Below are positions 36,301 through 51,412 of a stretch of 64,000 nucleotides of DNA, one piece after another. The position numbers and the translations under genes were made by a program. Origin of the DNA: Eledone cirrhosa (taxonomy: Eukaryota); contig OZ024742.1 of NCBI GenBank assembly GCA_964016885.1, positions 96,038,001 through 96,102,000 of the forward strand. Direction: 5' to 3'. Position 1 is the first letter of the stretch; each line of letters begins with the position of its first letter. Below the pieces are notes generated by a model. The model saw only the letters and a list, made by a program, of their open reading frames with translations, did not search any database and was not told the origin of the DNA.

Positions 36301-37755
36301 AGCACGATGACTTTGTCTGCCTGAGGGATATTTCGTAGAACACCTTTCAAGGCATGGTAAAAGGACAGTTTTTCTTCATCGACAGAATTCATAGTTGGAG
36401 CATACACACTCACCAGGGTAGCATATCTTCCCTTGTCCAGCGGAACTCTCATGGACATAAGACGCTCACTAATCCCTACTGGGAATTCTTCTAATTTATT
36501 CACCAGTACAGTCTTAACAGCAAATCCTACCCCAGCCTCTCTTCTGGTTCCTTCATCTCTTCCTTTCCAGAAGAATGTATATTCTCCACAAAATTCCGTA
36601 AGATGACCATCTCCAGCTAACCTCGTCTCAGATAAAGCCACGATGTCAAGATCGTAACGTCGAAGCTCCTTTGCAACAAGAGCGGTCCTTCGTTCAGGAC
36701 GCTCCAAAGAATCCCTGTCAAGCAGCGTCCGTACGTTCCAGCAGCCAAGACTAAATGCCCTGTTTGGCTCTATTACAATGGCACGATGACGGGCGGGCCC
36801 AGGTTGTGATAACTTGGGGCCCCTGCCCTTATTGCCAATGATCTTTTTTGTTCCAGAACCCAAATTGGCAATTACCCCATTTACATTGTTCTGGAACATC
36901 ATTGAATTGGAAAAAAAAAAAAAAAAAAGAAAAACAAAGAGTAATAATAATAGTAATAATAATAATAATTATTATTTCATTTATTAGCCACAAGGGCCGA
37001 CATGTAGGGGACAATACAAAGACAGGGACAGTGGGGGTTTACAATAAGGTCGAGTAAAAGTGCACAATGGCAAGACTAATTTAACAATAAAAATATAAAA
37101 ATATAAAATAAACTATGCAAAATATAACAAAATAAATTCCCCGATAAGGGGTGGACGACCCTGGGGTGATTCGGGTACCCCACCAATCCTGAACCACCCT
37201 GCGCTTCTAGGGCACCCAGGAGAGCGCCCCTCTCCTCAAGTTAGCCAGCCTATAGGCGCATGGTCAGAGTAGGCCCATTCACACGAGCCATTCTCGCCAC
37301 ATTCACCCACCTTTTATCAAATATACTAGGGGGCAGCACTTCTCTCTCCACCCTCACCCTCCTTTCCAGGTGAAACTTGAAGAAGTTGATGAGGGATTGG
37401 CCGAAGAGAAAAGTGTCTGTCTTTAGTCCTTTCATAATAATAATAATAATAGTACACTATTAATAATTATTAATGCACTCGTGCAATGCCTGTGCGTGAC
37501 GAATATTTTTAAAGTGAGGAAAGACTGTGCACTGAGCCAATCCCACTCTCTGAGCGACAGTAGCTATAACCCGAAAAGAAGAAAAGATCAACATCATCGG
37601 TAACTACTGAGCCGCAGGTTTTATATCGGAGTTAACCCAGTTTCCTGAGATGCCTTCTCTTAGAAGAATACCCTGACAAGGGCTAGGGGTTCTTCACTCC
37701 CAGTGGTTTAACTGCGCGATCGGGCATCCAGCCCGATTATTACTGTCCCCGCGCA
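32973..37755 (-). mobile_element. Near full-length RTE-clade (BovB-like) LINE, family 2: 5' UTR, APE endonuclease, RT, C-terminal C2H2 fingers; one frameshift and one stop
   Basis: GCWNVRTLLD..DIVALSETR..SVYAPT..LGDFNARVG (APE); NYRGISLLS, PESQSGFR, GVKQGD, DLLYADDCDL (RT); QRLRWSGHLARM. ORFs 36081-36902, 34150-36177 and 33358-34113. Confidence 0.93.
36965..37435 (-). mobile_element. Nested 3' fragment of another non-LTR element (L1/Tx1-like C-terminus) within low-complexity (AAT)n, inside the RTE 5' region
   Basis: ORF end ..LINFFKFHLERRVRVEREVLPPSIFDKRWVNVARMARV..*, followed by a UTR and aataaatgaaataat. Flanked by (TAA)n on both sides. Confidence 0.5.
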
Positions 37756-38931
37756 AAAAAAAAAAAAAAAAAAAAAAAAATCACTTATTGACACTTATAC
37801 GTACGACATACACACACACGCATACATATGCGCGCACACAGCAACACTCATACATACAACAAACACACACACACGCTACTCTACTCACTTACACGCACAC
37901 ACACACATATATATATATATATATTACCGTCATTACTGATACAAGATTACAAGATTATGTCAACTGTTGACTTTCAAGAGTTTGTATAGTTGAAGCCGAT
38001 CGTATTACAGTCCAGTATTACTATAATTGCTTTACAGCATAGAGTTATGGCTCTCTACGGAGTCAACAAAAGAGAGTACCAGTGATGCGCTGGACAAGTC
38101 GCTGGATCCGTGCCAAAAGCAGAAAAATTATTATTAAAGTTGTTCTTAAGGCCAGGTCGCTGGTGATGGTGATGGCGGCGGCGGTGGCGGTGGTGGTGGT
38201 GGTGGCAGTTGATGTTGTTGTTGTGCGTGTGTGTTTTGTTATTTTGAGTTTTTTTTTTTCCTTTCCCTTTTTTTTTTTTCCTTTTTGTTTCTCTTCCCCT
38301 TTTCTTTTTTCTTTTCCCTTCCTTTTTTTATGTTTTGATGCCGCTGTTGTTGTTGTTGTTGTAATTGTTGTAAATGTTCATTTCAGTTCATTCTGAAGCT
38401 GTTGTTGCTGTAAACATTAGTGCCGGTGTTGTTGTTGTAGATGTTGGGGTTGAAATCTGGTTGTTTGACTGAGTGATGTATATACACACATATACATACA
38501 CACACATATATATATATATACATTCAACAGAGAGTAGAGAGTTTGACAACAGGTCGATGACTTTAGTCTCGATAGGTTATGGTATGGTAATGACATGTGA
38601 TGGTGGGGAGAGGGTGTAGACGTTATTGTGGTGGTGGGGACAGTATCTAGTTCATTTGACCGTTTTCTTCTCTTAGCAAAATTTGAATTCTAGCCATGTT
38701 ATATTGAGATGTAAGTAAATGTAAAATATAAATAAGGATTGCTCTGCTAAAATATACTAAAATATTTGTGTAACTTCCACAAACTTCTGTTGTGACATTC
38801 CCGAGTCCAGTGACCAAAAAATTGTTGTATTTTGATGTTACAGAATACAAAAATTAATTAAAAACTTACCCCACGAAAAGACAGCGTGTGTTCTCCTATC
38901 TATAAGCTCCCTCATACATATATATACAAAC

Positions 38932-38988
<57 letters not shown>

Positions 38989-39030
38989 CATACATATATA
39001 CATACATATATATATATACATATATATATA

Positions 39031-42000
39031 GTATTAAGGTAGAGAGAGATACATGTGGTTAGGAGAGAAAACAGCCGTTACATAGAGAGAAAAGAAAAAT
39101 ATCCAGACATAAACGAGGCAGATTTAAAACATTATGTTTCATCAATGTAAAAATATCAATTCGTATGAATTAGGTATTATAATGTAAATATCAGTATTCA
39201 TGAATGAGACACGTATCAATAATGTGTGAAAAATAATGATCATATGTCTAGTTTAAAATTCCTAGGTTTATATCAGAGTTGAGATTAAAAATGAGATAAA
39301 AAAACTGAGATAAAAAACTGACAAGACCAACAACCTCTATGGAGTGCAAAAAGACATGTATAATGGCCTCATACTGAAAGAACTGAGGAAAAAGTACAAG
39401 GTAGCAGATAAAGCCGAGCTTGAGAAAATGAATGTTGAGGCATCTTGTATAATGCATGAGTTGGAAATTGAGAACAGAACACAACCTTTCGTGCCCAGGA
39501 AACCGAAGATCAATATGAAAGATCACAAAAGAAATTTTGAAAATGACCTGCCAGTCAGATTGATTGCACCATCAAAATCTGACCTGGGTAAACTAAGCAA
39601 AAACATTCTAGACAGGGTGATACGGCAAATTAAAAACTTGAATTGTTTACCTAACTTGAGCTTGTGGAAGGGAACTGGAGAGGTTATTGAGTGGTTTAAA
39701 GAAATTAAATATAACAATAATAATAAATTTATTCAACTAGATATTGCTAACTATTATTCATCTATTACCCCTAATCTACTAAATAAGGCACTAAATTACG
39801 CATTCAAACATACAGACCTAAATAGCAATGAAATGCACATTATATTATCGGCTAGGAAAACATTGATAGAATTTAATGACCAACTATGGACCAGAGCAGA
39901 TAGAGATAACAATTTCGACATTACTATGGGATCATCCGACTCAGCTCAGGTAACTGACCTTGTGGGCCTATTTATAATCAATTCGCTGCATAGGAAAATA
40001 CCCGGTGCTACCGGAGGTTTATATAGAGGTGACATGCTTTTACTTATTGAAAATAATAACTCTGAACTAAATAGAAAAAGAAAACAAATTACACAATATT
40101 TTAATTACTTTAATCTAAAAATAGAAATTGAGAATAACCATAGAATAGTCAATTTCCTAGATGTAACATTAAATCTCAACACATGTCTTCACTATCCATT
40201 TCACAAGTTGAATGAAAACTTAAACTATGTCAGTTTTAACTCTAACCACCCCAGATCTGTTAAAAATACTATAGTGAACTCTGTTCAAAAACGTATCTCT
40301 AGAATCTCATCTAATAAAAAGATTTTCGACGAAAAAGCCCAGTATTACAATGAAGCGTTAGCTAGAGCAGGATATAGTGATAAAATTATGTACATAGATA
40401 ATAATAGACAAACTAACCAAAATAACAACAATTTTAATTACGGCAACAACTTTAACAACTATAATAGAAAGCATTACAATAATTCCAAAAGCCAAAAAAG
40501 AAATAGAACTAGGAATATAATATGGTTTGCCCCCCCCCCCCTTTCTCACTAAACATTAAAACCCACATCGCTAAACTAGTTTTTAATGCTCTTGATAATC
40601 GCTTCCCTAGAACACATAGGTATCACTCAATTTTCAATAGACATACTATAAAATTAACTTACTCATCCACCAAAAACTTAGCACAAAATATTAATAGAAT
40701 AAATAATAGGAATTTAAAACCTAGCCAAAATACCGATAATAGCATAAATAATATCCAAGTAAACAAATATAACTGTAGAGATAGATCTAAATGTCCGTTA
40801 AATAACAATTGCTTAGTTAAAAATATACAACTGTAATGTTAAAACGGACTTAAATTCTTTTAACTATGTTGGTTCCACCTCGACAGAATTTAAACTTCGC
40901 TATAATAACCACAAGAATTCTTTCACAGATCCAAGCAAAAAATCTTCAACATCACTATCAGGCTTACTCTGGCAACTTAAGCATGATAACGTTGGATATT
41001 CGACGGCTTGGAATATAGTCTCAAGAGGGATTCCTTTTAATTCATCCACTGAGACATGTGACCTCTGCGCGGAGGAGATATTCTTTATACTAAAATCTAA
41101 AAATTCCCTTAATTTACGGACAAATTTATTCAGTTGCATTGAACTCAACTTTTAAATATAAATATAAATTTAAAATGTAGTATATTTACTTTGATTTATA
41201 ATTATTTATGAAACTCGCCGATAAATCTTTCGATTTCTTTTTTTAAACATTCTTCATGAATAATTAAACTACACTAAAAGCTGATGCTCCAAATATATCG
41301 AATAAATTTTACACTAGATAAACTTCTATAATAAATATAAGACCATCTGTAGATCAAATGGGTATCCTAAACTTTTGGAATGATTTCTGCTAGACAGGAA
41401 TTGGTAAATAATTTTGGTTTTGTTTGCTTTTGATTCTGATGCTTATAATGAACTTGGCAATATATTGTCAATTAATTTTGAAGGGTTGATCTCTGTGGTT
41501 GATTTGCGGAGCATACTGTGTTTTATTTTTAATATTTTTTAATTTTTTGATATTTTTATTAATATATTGATATCTGTTGTCTATTTATGCTTGAACGATA
41601 ATCATGTAGAGTAAAGACAAGAATAGTATTGTTAAAATTAATGTAGATTCTATATATATTTCTGTGTATGTACACATATATGTATACTAGAATTTGTATA
41701 GCACAATGAGAATGTTTTCATGTGAAATAGGAATTTGCAGAGTTGATCACGTAAATTCACATGGAAGTCTATAGTATCGAATCTGGGATAACCTTCTATT
41801 TTCTTTTTCTTTTTCTTTTTTCTTTTTTCTTTTTTCATGAAAGTGCATATATACTTATGTATTTCAATTTTTTTTTTGAAGTTTTTTATCTCAGTTTTTT
41901 ATCTCAGTTTTTTATCTCAATTTTTTAACTCAACTCTGATATAAACCTAGGAATTTTAAACTAGACATATGATCATTATTTTTCACACATTATTGATACG

Positions 42001-42290
42001 TGTCTCATTCATGAATACTGATATTTACATTATAATACCTAATTCATACGAATTGATATTTTTACATTGATGAAACATAATGTTTTAAATCTGCCTCGTT
42101 TATGTCTGGATATTTTTCTTTTCTCTCTATGTAACGGCTGTTTTCTCTCCTAACCACATATATCTCTCTCTACCTTAATACTAGAACTAAATAAATAAAA
42201 AAATATATCATTGATACGTCATTCAACTGGTGCCCAACTACCTATTTTCTTTCTCTCTATCTCTATCTATATCTATCTCTCTCTATTTTT

Positions 42291-42338
<48 letters not shown>

Positions 42339-42782
42339 CCCTCTGTGTTTTTTCTCTCTCTATCTATCTCTCTCTGTTTCTTTACATGAATTTCTTCTCT
42401 CTATCTATCTCTCTATATCTATCTCTCTCTATTTAGTTGCATGCATTTCTTCTTTTTCTTCGCTTTTTTTCTTTCTTTCTTTTTATAACTGTCCCTAACA
42501 TTTTTTCACTACCAAATCAACTTTTTAAATGGAAGTTGAAGTTGTAAGGTATGTCAAATCTATCTATTTATAAGACTGTTTATATTGTATTTTGTCTGAA
42601 GAAGGCATACCATATTTTTAATATGATATCCCTGAAATATATATAATGAAATAAATATGGTTTTATAAATATAGTTTCCATTGATTTAATATCGTAAATA
42701 TACTCCAAATACTTGTTGAGTGCTTTTATATCAGTTATAAATATTTACTCGTTGTAACCCAACAATTTAAATAAAACTTTGC
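39031..42782 (+). mobile_element. Penelope-like element (Naiad-like), 5'-truncated; RT + GIY-YIG 39344-~41150; inverted repeat 39031-39321 / 41890-42182; probable pLTR end with HHR 42588-42653
   Basis: KDHKRNF..PVRLIAPSKSDLGKLSK; FIQLDIANYYSSI; FDITMGSSDSAQVTDLVG; GGLYRGDML (YRDD mutated); CRDRSKCPLNNNCL; NYVGSTSTEFKLRYNNHK; CDLCAEE. Confidence 0.9.
42588..42653 (+). ncRNA. Type I hammerhead ribozyme (same family as 2413, 4960, 45692)
   Basis: tattttgt CTGAAGA agg..cct GAAA tatata TA atgaaata. Confidence 0.65.
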
Positions 42783-42783
42783 A

Positions 42784-42840
<57 letters not shown>

Positions 42841-42851
<11 letters not shown>

Positions 42852-44897
42852 AATATAGACATAGAATATTCGAAAATATTCTGTATGTTTATAATAAACA
42901 TTTTGAAGACCTAATCGCTATAGAATAGAATACGTCACGTATTACAATTAGATTCTCGATAAAAGCAAGGGAAGTAATCTACGCGTTTCATTCTTGTTAG
43001 AAATCATCAGGACTACATATCCAGTGCTTTTATCGAGAATGACACAGCTAGAGACTTATAGAATACTTAGCTGTGTACAGGAACTGGTTTGAAAGAGCGG
43101 TTGCCGGTCCGGCAGAAATTAGAAATTGGAATAAATGCTCTGAAATAGCGATATATATGTGAATATAGACATAGAATATTCGAAAATATTCTGTATGTTT
43201 ATAATAAACATTTTGAAGACCTAATCGCTATAGAATAGAATACGTCACGTATTACAATTAGATTCTCGATAAAAGCAAGGGAAGTAATCTACGCGTTTCA
43301 TTCTTGTTAGAAATCATCAGGACTACATATCCAGTGCTTTTATCGAGAATGACACAGCTAGAGACTTATAGAATACTTAGCTGTGTACAGGAACTGGTTT
43401 GAAAGAGCGGTTGCCGGTCCGGCAGAAATTAGAAATTGGAATAAATGCTCTGAAATAGCGATATATATGTGAATATAGACATAGAATATTCGAAAATATT
43501 CTGTATGTTTATAATAAACATTTTGAAGACCTAATCGCTATAGAATAGAATACGTCACGTATTACAATTAGATTCTCGATAAAAGCAAGGGAAGTAATCT
43601 ACGCGTTTCATTCTTGTTAGAAATCATCAGGACTACATATCCAGTGCTTTTATCGAGAATGACACAGCTAGAGACTTATAGAATACTTAGCTGTGTACAG
43701 GAACTGGTTTGAAAGAGCGGTTGCCGGTCCGGCAGAAATTAGAAATTGGAATAAATGCTCTGAAATAGCGATATATATGTGAATATAGACATAGAATATT
43801 CGAAAATATTCTGTATGTTTATAATAAACATTTTGAAGACCTAATCGCTATAGAATAGAATACGTCACGTATTACAATTAGATTCTCGATAAAAGCAAGG
43901 GAAGTAATCTACGCGTTTCATTCTTGTTAGAAATCATCAGGACTACATATCCAGTGCTTTTATCGAGAATGACACAGCTAGAGTTATAGAATACTTAGCT
44001 GTGTACAGGAACTGGTTTGAAAGAGCGGTTGCCGGTCCGGCAGAAATTAGAAATTGGAATAAATGCTCTGAAATAGCGATATATATGTGAATATAGACAT
44101 AGAATATTCGAAAATATTCTGTATGTTTATAATAAACATTTTGAAGACCTAATCGCTATAGAATAGAATACGTCACGTATTACAATTAGATTCTCGATAA
44201 AAGCAAGGGAAGTAATCTTTCGAATATTCTATGTCTATATTCACATATATATCGCTATTTCAGAGCATTTATTCCAATTTCTAATTTCTGCCGGACCGGC
44301 AACCGCTCTTTCAAACCAGTTCCTGTACACAGCTAAGTATTCTATAAGTCTCTAGCTGTGTCATTCTCGATAAAAGCACTGGATATGTAGTCCTGATGAT
44401 TTCTAACAAGAATGAAACGCGTAGATTACTTCCCTTGCTTTTATCGAGAATCTAATTGTAATACGTGACGTATTCTATTCTATAGCGATTAGGTCTTCAA
44501 AATGTTTATTATAAACATACAGAATATTTTCGAATATTCTATGTCTATATTCACATATATATCGCTATTTCAGAGCATTTATTCCAATTTCTAATTTCTG
44601 CCGGACCGGCAACCGCTCTTTCAAACCAGTTCCTGTACACAGCTAAGTATTCTATAAGTCTCTAGCTGTGTCATTCTCGATAAAAGCACTGGATATGTAG
44701 TCCTGATGATTTCTAACAAGAATGAAACGCGTAGATTACTTCCCTTGCTTTTATCGAGAATCTAATTGTAATACGTGACGTATTCTATTCTATAGCGATT
44801 AGGTCTTCAAAATGTTTATTATAAACATACAGAATATTTTCGAATATTCTATGTCTATATTCACATATATATCGCTATTTCAGAGCATTTATTCCAA
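42841..44897. mobile_element. 310-bp hammerhead tandem array (retrozyme-like): ~4.4 units with HHR on - (to 44217), then ~2.2 inverted units with HHR on +
   Basis: Unit starts at 42849, 43159, 43469, 43779 and 44087. HHR gtagtc CTGATGA tttctaacaagaat GAAAC gc GTA gattac at 42974, 43284, 43594, 43904 (-) and 44387, 44697 (+). Confidence 0.92.
44387..44429 (+). ncRNA. Type I hammerhead ribozyme of the 310-bp unit
   Basis: Stem I gtagtc/gattac, core CUGAUGA/GAAA, stem II ttct/agaa, palindromic stem III ACGCGT, GUA triplet. Enclosed by a 16-bp stem attctcgataaaagca/tgcttttatcgagaat. Confidence 0.88.
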
Positions 44898-44929
<32 letters not shown>

Positions 44930-44935
44930 CATACA

Positions 44936-44988
<53 letters not shown>

Positions 44989-45116
44989 TCATACACATAT
45001 ATATATATACATATATATATCTATATATATATATATACATGCATATATATATATACATATATATATATACATACATATATATATATATATACCTACATAG
45101 ATACATATATATATAC

Positions 45117-45193
<77 letters not shown>

Positions 45194-45295
45194 CATATAT
45201 ATACATACATATATACATATATACATATATACAGATACATATATATATAAATACATATATATATATAGATACATATATATATATATATATACACA

Positions 45296-45329
<34 letters not shown>

Positions 45330-45354
45330 CATACATATATACATATATATATAC

Positions 45355-45387
<33 letters not shown>

Positions 45388-45454
45388 CGTACATATATAT
45401 ATATATATATACATACATATATATATATATATATACATACATATATATAGATAC

Positions 45455-45487
<33 letters not shown>

Positions 45488-45506
45488 CATACATATATAT
45501 AGATAC

Positions 45507-45553
<47 letters not shown>

Positions 45554-45560
45554 TACATAT

Positions 45561-45836
45561 ATGCAAAGTTTTATTTAAATTGTTGGGTTACAACGAGTAA
45601 ATATTTATAACTGATATAAAAGCACTCAACAAATATTTGGAGTATATTTACGATATTAAATAAATGGAAACTATATTTATAAAACCATATTTATTTCATT
45701 ATATATATTTCAGGGATATCATATTAAAAATATGGTATGCCTTCATCAGACAAAATACAATATAAACAGTCTTATAAATAGATAGATTTGACATAACTTA
45801 CAACTTCAACTTCCATTTAAAAAGTTGATTTGGTAG
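45561..45836 (-). mobile_element. Solo inverted copy of 42510-42782 pLTR-like segment with HHR at 45692-45757
   Basis: Near-identical reverse complement; core CTGATGA intact. Confidence 0.85.
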
Positions 45837-45874
45837 ATACATATATATATATATATACATATATATATAGATAC

Positions 45875-45905
<31 letters not shown>

Positions 45906-45979
45906 GATACATATATATATATATACATATATATATAAATACATACATATATTTCTACATATATATATATATATACATA

Positions 45980-46527
45980 ACTTTGAATAACTTTGAAATG
46001 TTTTGGCCAGTATTGGCCCAGGCAATGTCTAACTTAAAAGCACCACCTGGCGAAGTCTTTCAATTCAGGATTTGGGCACCATGGCCCATTCGAGAAGAGA
46101 ATTACTGTTTGCGGAGACATATCCGGGTGTGGGTGGTTTGTCCGGGATTACTTGGAGGAATTTGTCCAAAGACTTCTTGAATTTTGTGTGGTCAGTTTCT
46201 GTTTTGACGTGTCCTGGTGTGATGTTGAAGAGAGCAGGGCCGATTGAGGTGAAATAATTGTGCCGTATTGTTGTTATGAGTTGCGATTTAGATTTTTGTA
46301 TGGGACGGATAGCACGGGGCCCAAGCCTTGGGTGTATCTTGATGGCGATGCCAACATCATTTGGGCAGTGATGATGGAACATTTTCCACATCATGCAGAT
46401 AATATAACGCTCACGGCGACGTTGGAGTGAGTAAAGTTTCAGCTTTTCTAGTCGACCCCAGTAGTCAAGGTCTGACATGCCATCTATCTTTTTCGTGATT
46501 GCCCTTTGAGGAGCTTCAAGTTTCATG
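45980..46527 (-). mobile_element. CR1/L2-group LINE 3' fragment
   Basis: [53 protein letters not shown]. Confidence 0.85.
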
Positions 46528-46798
46528 ATACATATATATATATATATATACATATATATGATACATATATATATATATATACATACATATCACGATAAAT
46601 GAATGGAGGCACTATATATCTCTCTCTGGTGTGTTACCTTCTCAACATATTATACATACATATATATATATATTTACATACATATATATATACATATATA
46701 TATACATATACATATATATACATATATATATTTATATATATATATATATATATACATACATATATATATATATATATACATACATTTACATACATATA

Positions 46799-46906
<108 letters not shown>

Positions 46907-46959
46907 CATATATATATATACATATACATATATATATATATACATATATATACATACAT

Positions 46960-46960
<1 letters not shown>

Positions 46961-47001
<41 letters not shown>

Positions 47002-49622
47002 GTTTGACGTCCATGTTCCACGCTTGCATGGGTTTGGACGGGAGTTTTCCCACTTGAGGCAAGAGTGGTTGTCTTGCTCGCATAGGACTGTCTGGCGGGT
47101 TTTCTACAGTTGGATGCCCTTCCTAACACCAACCACATTTACAGTGTGGGGCTGGGAGGTTTTTACCGTGTTGCCTACACGGCCACATTACAGCGTGGAC
47201 TGTGTGTTTTTTTGTCGTGACACCTACACGATCTCATTTGTTTCCGTCTGGATGTTGTGGCACCAACAAAACTTTACATTGAAGGGGGCGGTGTGGATGT
47301 GGTTGGGGTGGTGGGACGTGGGGAGTATTTTGTTGGAGATGCCTACTGACTGTAGTAGGTTTTACTTTGTATTTAGGTAAGGTGGGTCTTCTCTATTACT
47401 GAGTACCGCCAAAGGTCTCGGTCCAGTGACATTGTCTTGGAGAGGTGTAAGTGTGTGAGGTCGGAATTTATCAGCTCGTCCCAGGTTTTTCTGGGTCTGC
47501 CTACTCCGTGGCTACCGTCTATCTTTATTGCCCTGCACTTTGTTACACAGCTGTCGTCTTTCATGCGCATCACGTGACCATACCAACGTAGCCTTCTCTC
47601 GAGTAAACAACATCTGATCCCTCTTATTTCTAATTTTCTCCTTTGTTCGTTTATGCTTTGCCGTTCACGTATATTACTATTACACATCCAGCGGAGCATG
47701 CAAGCTTCGTTCCCCTCTAGTCTGCGTATATTCTCTGCACACAATGCCCAGGTCTCACTGCCATGCAACATTGCTGTTCGTATGCAGACATCATACAACC
47801 TACCTTTCATTCTTAGGGAGAACCCTTTAGCGGCTAATAGTGGTATAAGCTCTCTGAACTTTTTCCATCCAGTTCTGACTCTAGCTACTGTACTTTCAGA
47901 GCACCCTCCCCCACTGCTGATTTTGTCACCCAGGTAAGGGAAGCTGTCCACTATTTCTATAGAACCCTTTGCGTAATTGAAAGAGCTACTATTTAGTGGG
48001 CACTTGCTGCTACTTATTGCACCAGAGCACCGGCCACATGTAAAATCTATGTTCTTAGTTAGCTTACCTGTGATCCCACTACATCTTTTATGCACCCATA
48101 CTTTGCATTTTTGGGACATCAAATGGAGTTTCTGTCTACGCCTTTCCTACACACTGAGCATGGCTATTTCCCGGAAGGGACCGACGCCTTATTTTCTTTC
48201 CTACAAACTAGAACTTTAGTCTTAGCCAGGTTAATTTTAAGGCCTTTTGATTCTAGGCCGTGCTTCCATGTTTGGAATTTCTTCTGTAGCTCGGCCATTG
48301 ATTCAGCTATGAGCGTTAGATCATCTGCGTATAGGAGTTCCCATGGGCAGCCGGTCTTGAACTCCTCTGTTATGCCTGAAGGGCAATAATAAATAGTAGG
48401 GGGCTAAGAACAGAACCCTGATGGAGACCAACTTTTACGCTAAAGTCTTCACTATATTCGTTGTTAATTCTAACCTTGCTGACTGTTTCTTTATTCATGG
48501 CTTGTATAGCACTCACAAACCATTCGTCAACACCTAGTTTTCTAAGAGCCCACCAGATAATGGAACGGGGGACTCTGTCGAAGGCTTTCTGCAAGTCAAC
48601 AGAAGCTAAGTATAGGGGTTTAATTTTAGCTAGGTACTTCTCCTGTAGTTGTCGTACAATGAAAAGAGCGTCTGTGGTACTTTTGCCTGACACAAACCCG
48701 AACTGCATTTCATCTAGATCCATTCTCTCTCTGATTAGTTGCGCTATTACTTTTTCCGTGACCTTCATGACCTGGTCGATTAATTTAATGCCTCTATAGT
48801 TACACCTATCTAGGGCATCTCCTTTACCCTTGTAACAGTTAATGATGATGCTGCTACGCCAGTCCTTCGGAACAACCCCATTCTGTATGACTTGGTTTAC
48901 TATCCGGGAGACCATTGTGTGTCCCACCGTTCCAGAGGCTTTCAGCATCTCAGCAACTGTTTCCGAAGGCCCAGCCGCCTTACCCGCCTTCATATCTTTG
49001 ATTGCCTTACTTATTATACTACCTTCGACTAACACTGCTGGTCCCTCTATTGGGTCGATGTGGGGGAGACCGTCTTTCTCCCATTTATTCTCCTCATTTA
49101 GAAGCCTTTCGTAGTGACACTTACAAGCTGCCTTCTTATCAGCGTCAGTGATGGCAAGTACGCCTTCATGATTAAGTACACACTTCTCCCCGACAATATC
49201 ACGGTTTTCCTTGACACATTGCCTAGCAATCCGGAACACCTCACGTTTTTGGTCCTCGCGTCGTAGAACATGCTTGAACCTTCTTTCCTCTGCTTCCCTT
49301 CTTGCGAAGTACACTTGTCTCCTAGCTTCCCTACTGGCCACTTGATAGTCTTCTCTACTTCCCCCATCCCGCCATACTTTCCAAGCCTGCTTTTTGGCCT
49401 TAATTGACTCCTCCACCTTAATATTCCACCACCATGTTACTCTCCTCCTACCTACAGGCCTGCTCCAGCCACAGACTTCGTCTGCCGCCGTCAGCAGGTT
49501 TGCTTTCAGGAATTCCCACTGTTCCTCTATATTATACGACTCTAATTGCTCTTCCTCACTGTCGAAAGCATCAAGTAATATGCTTTGAAATTTATTTCTG
49601 GCTGTGGGGTCCTTTAGCTTCC
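46961..49622 (-). mobile_element. RTE family 1 LINE, 5'-truncated, disrupted RT
   Basis: [58 protein letters not shown]. (ATG)n tail. Confidence 0.92.

Positions 49623-51412
<1,790 letters not shown>

Noticed and set aside
39344-41150. Selenocysteine (in-frame TGA) recoding as reported for some Naiad PLEs
   Set aside because: The Cys motifs I checked here and at 16040-16100 use TGT/TGC; the breaks are frameshifts or other stops.
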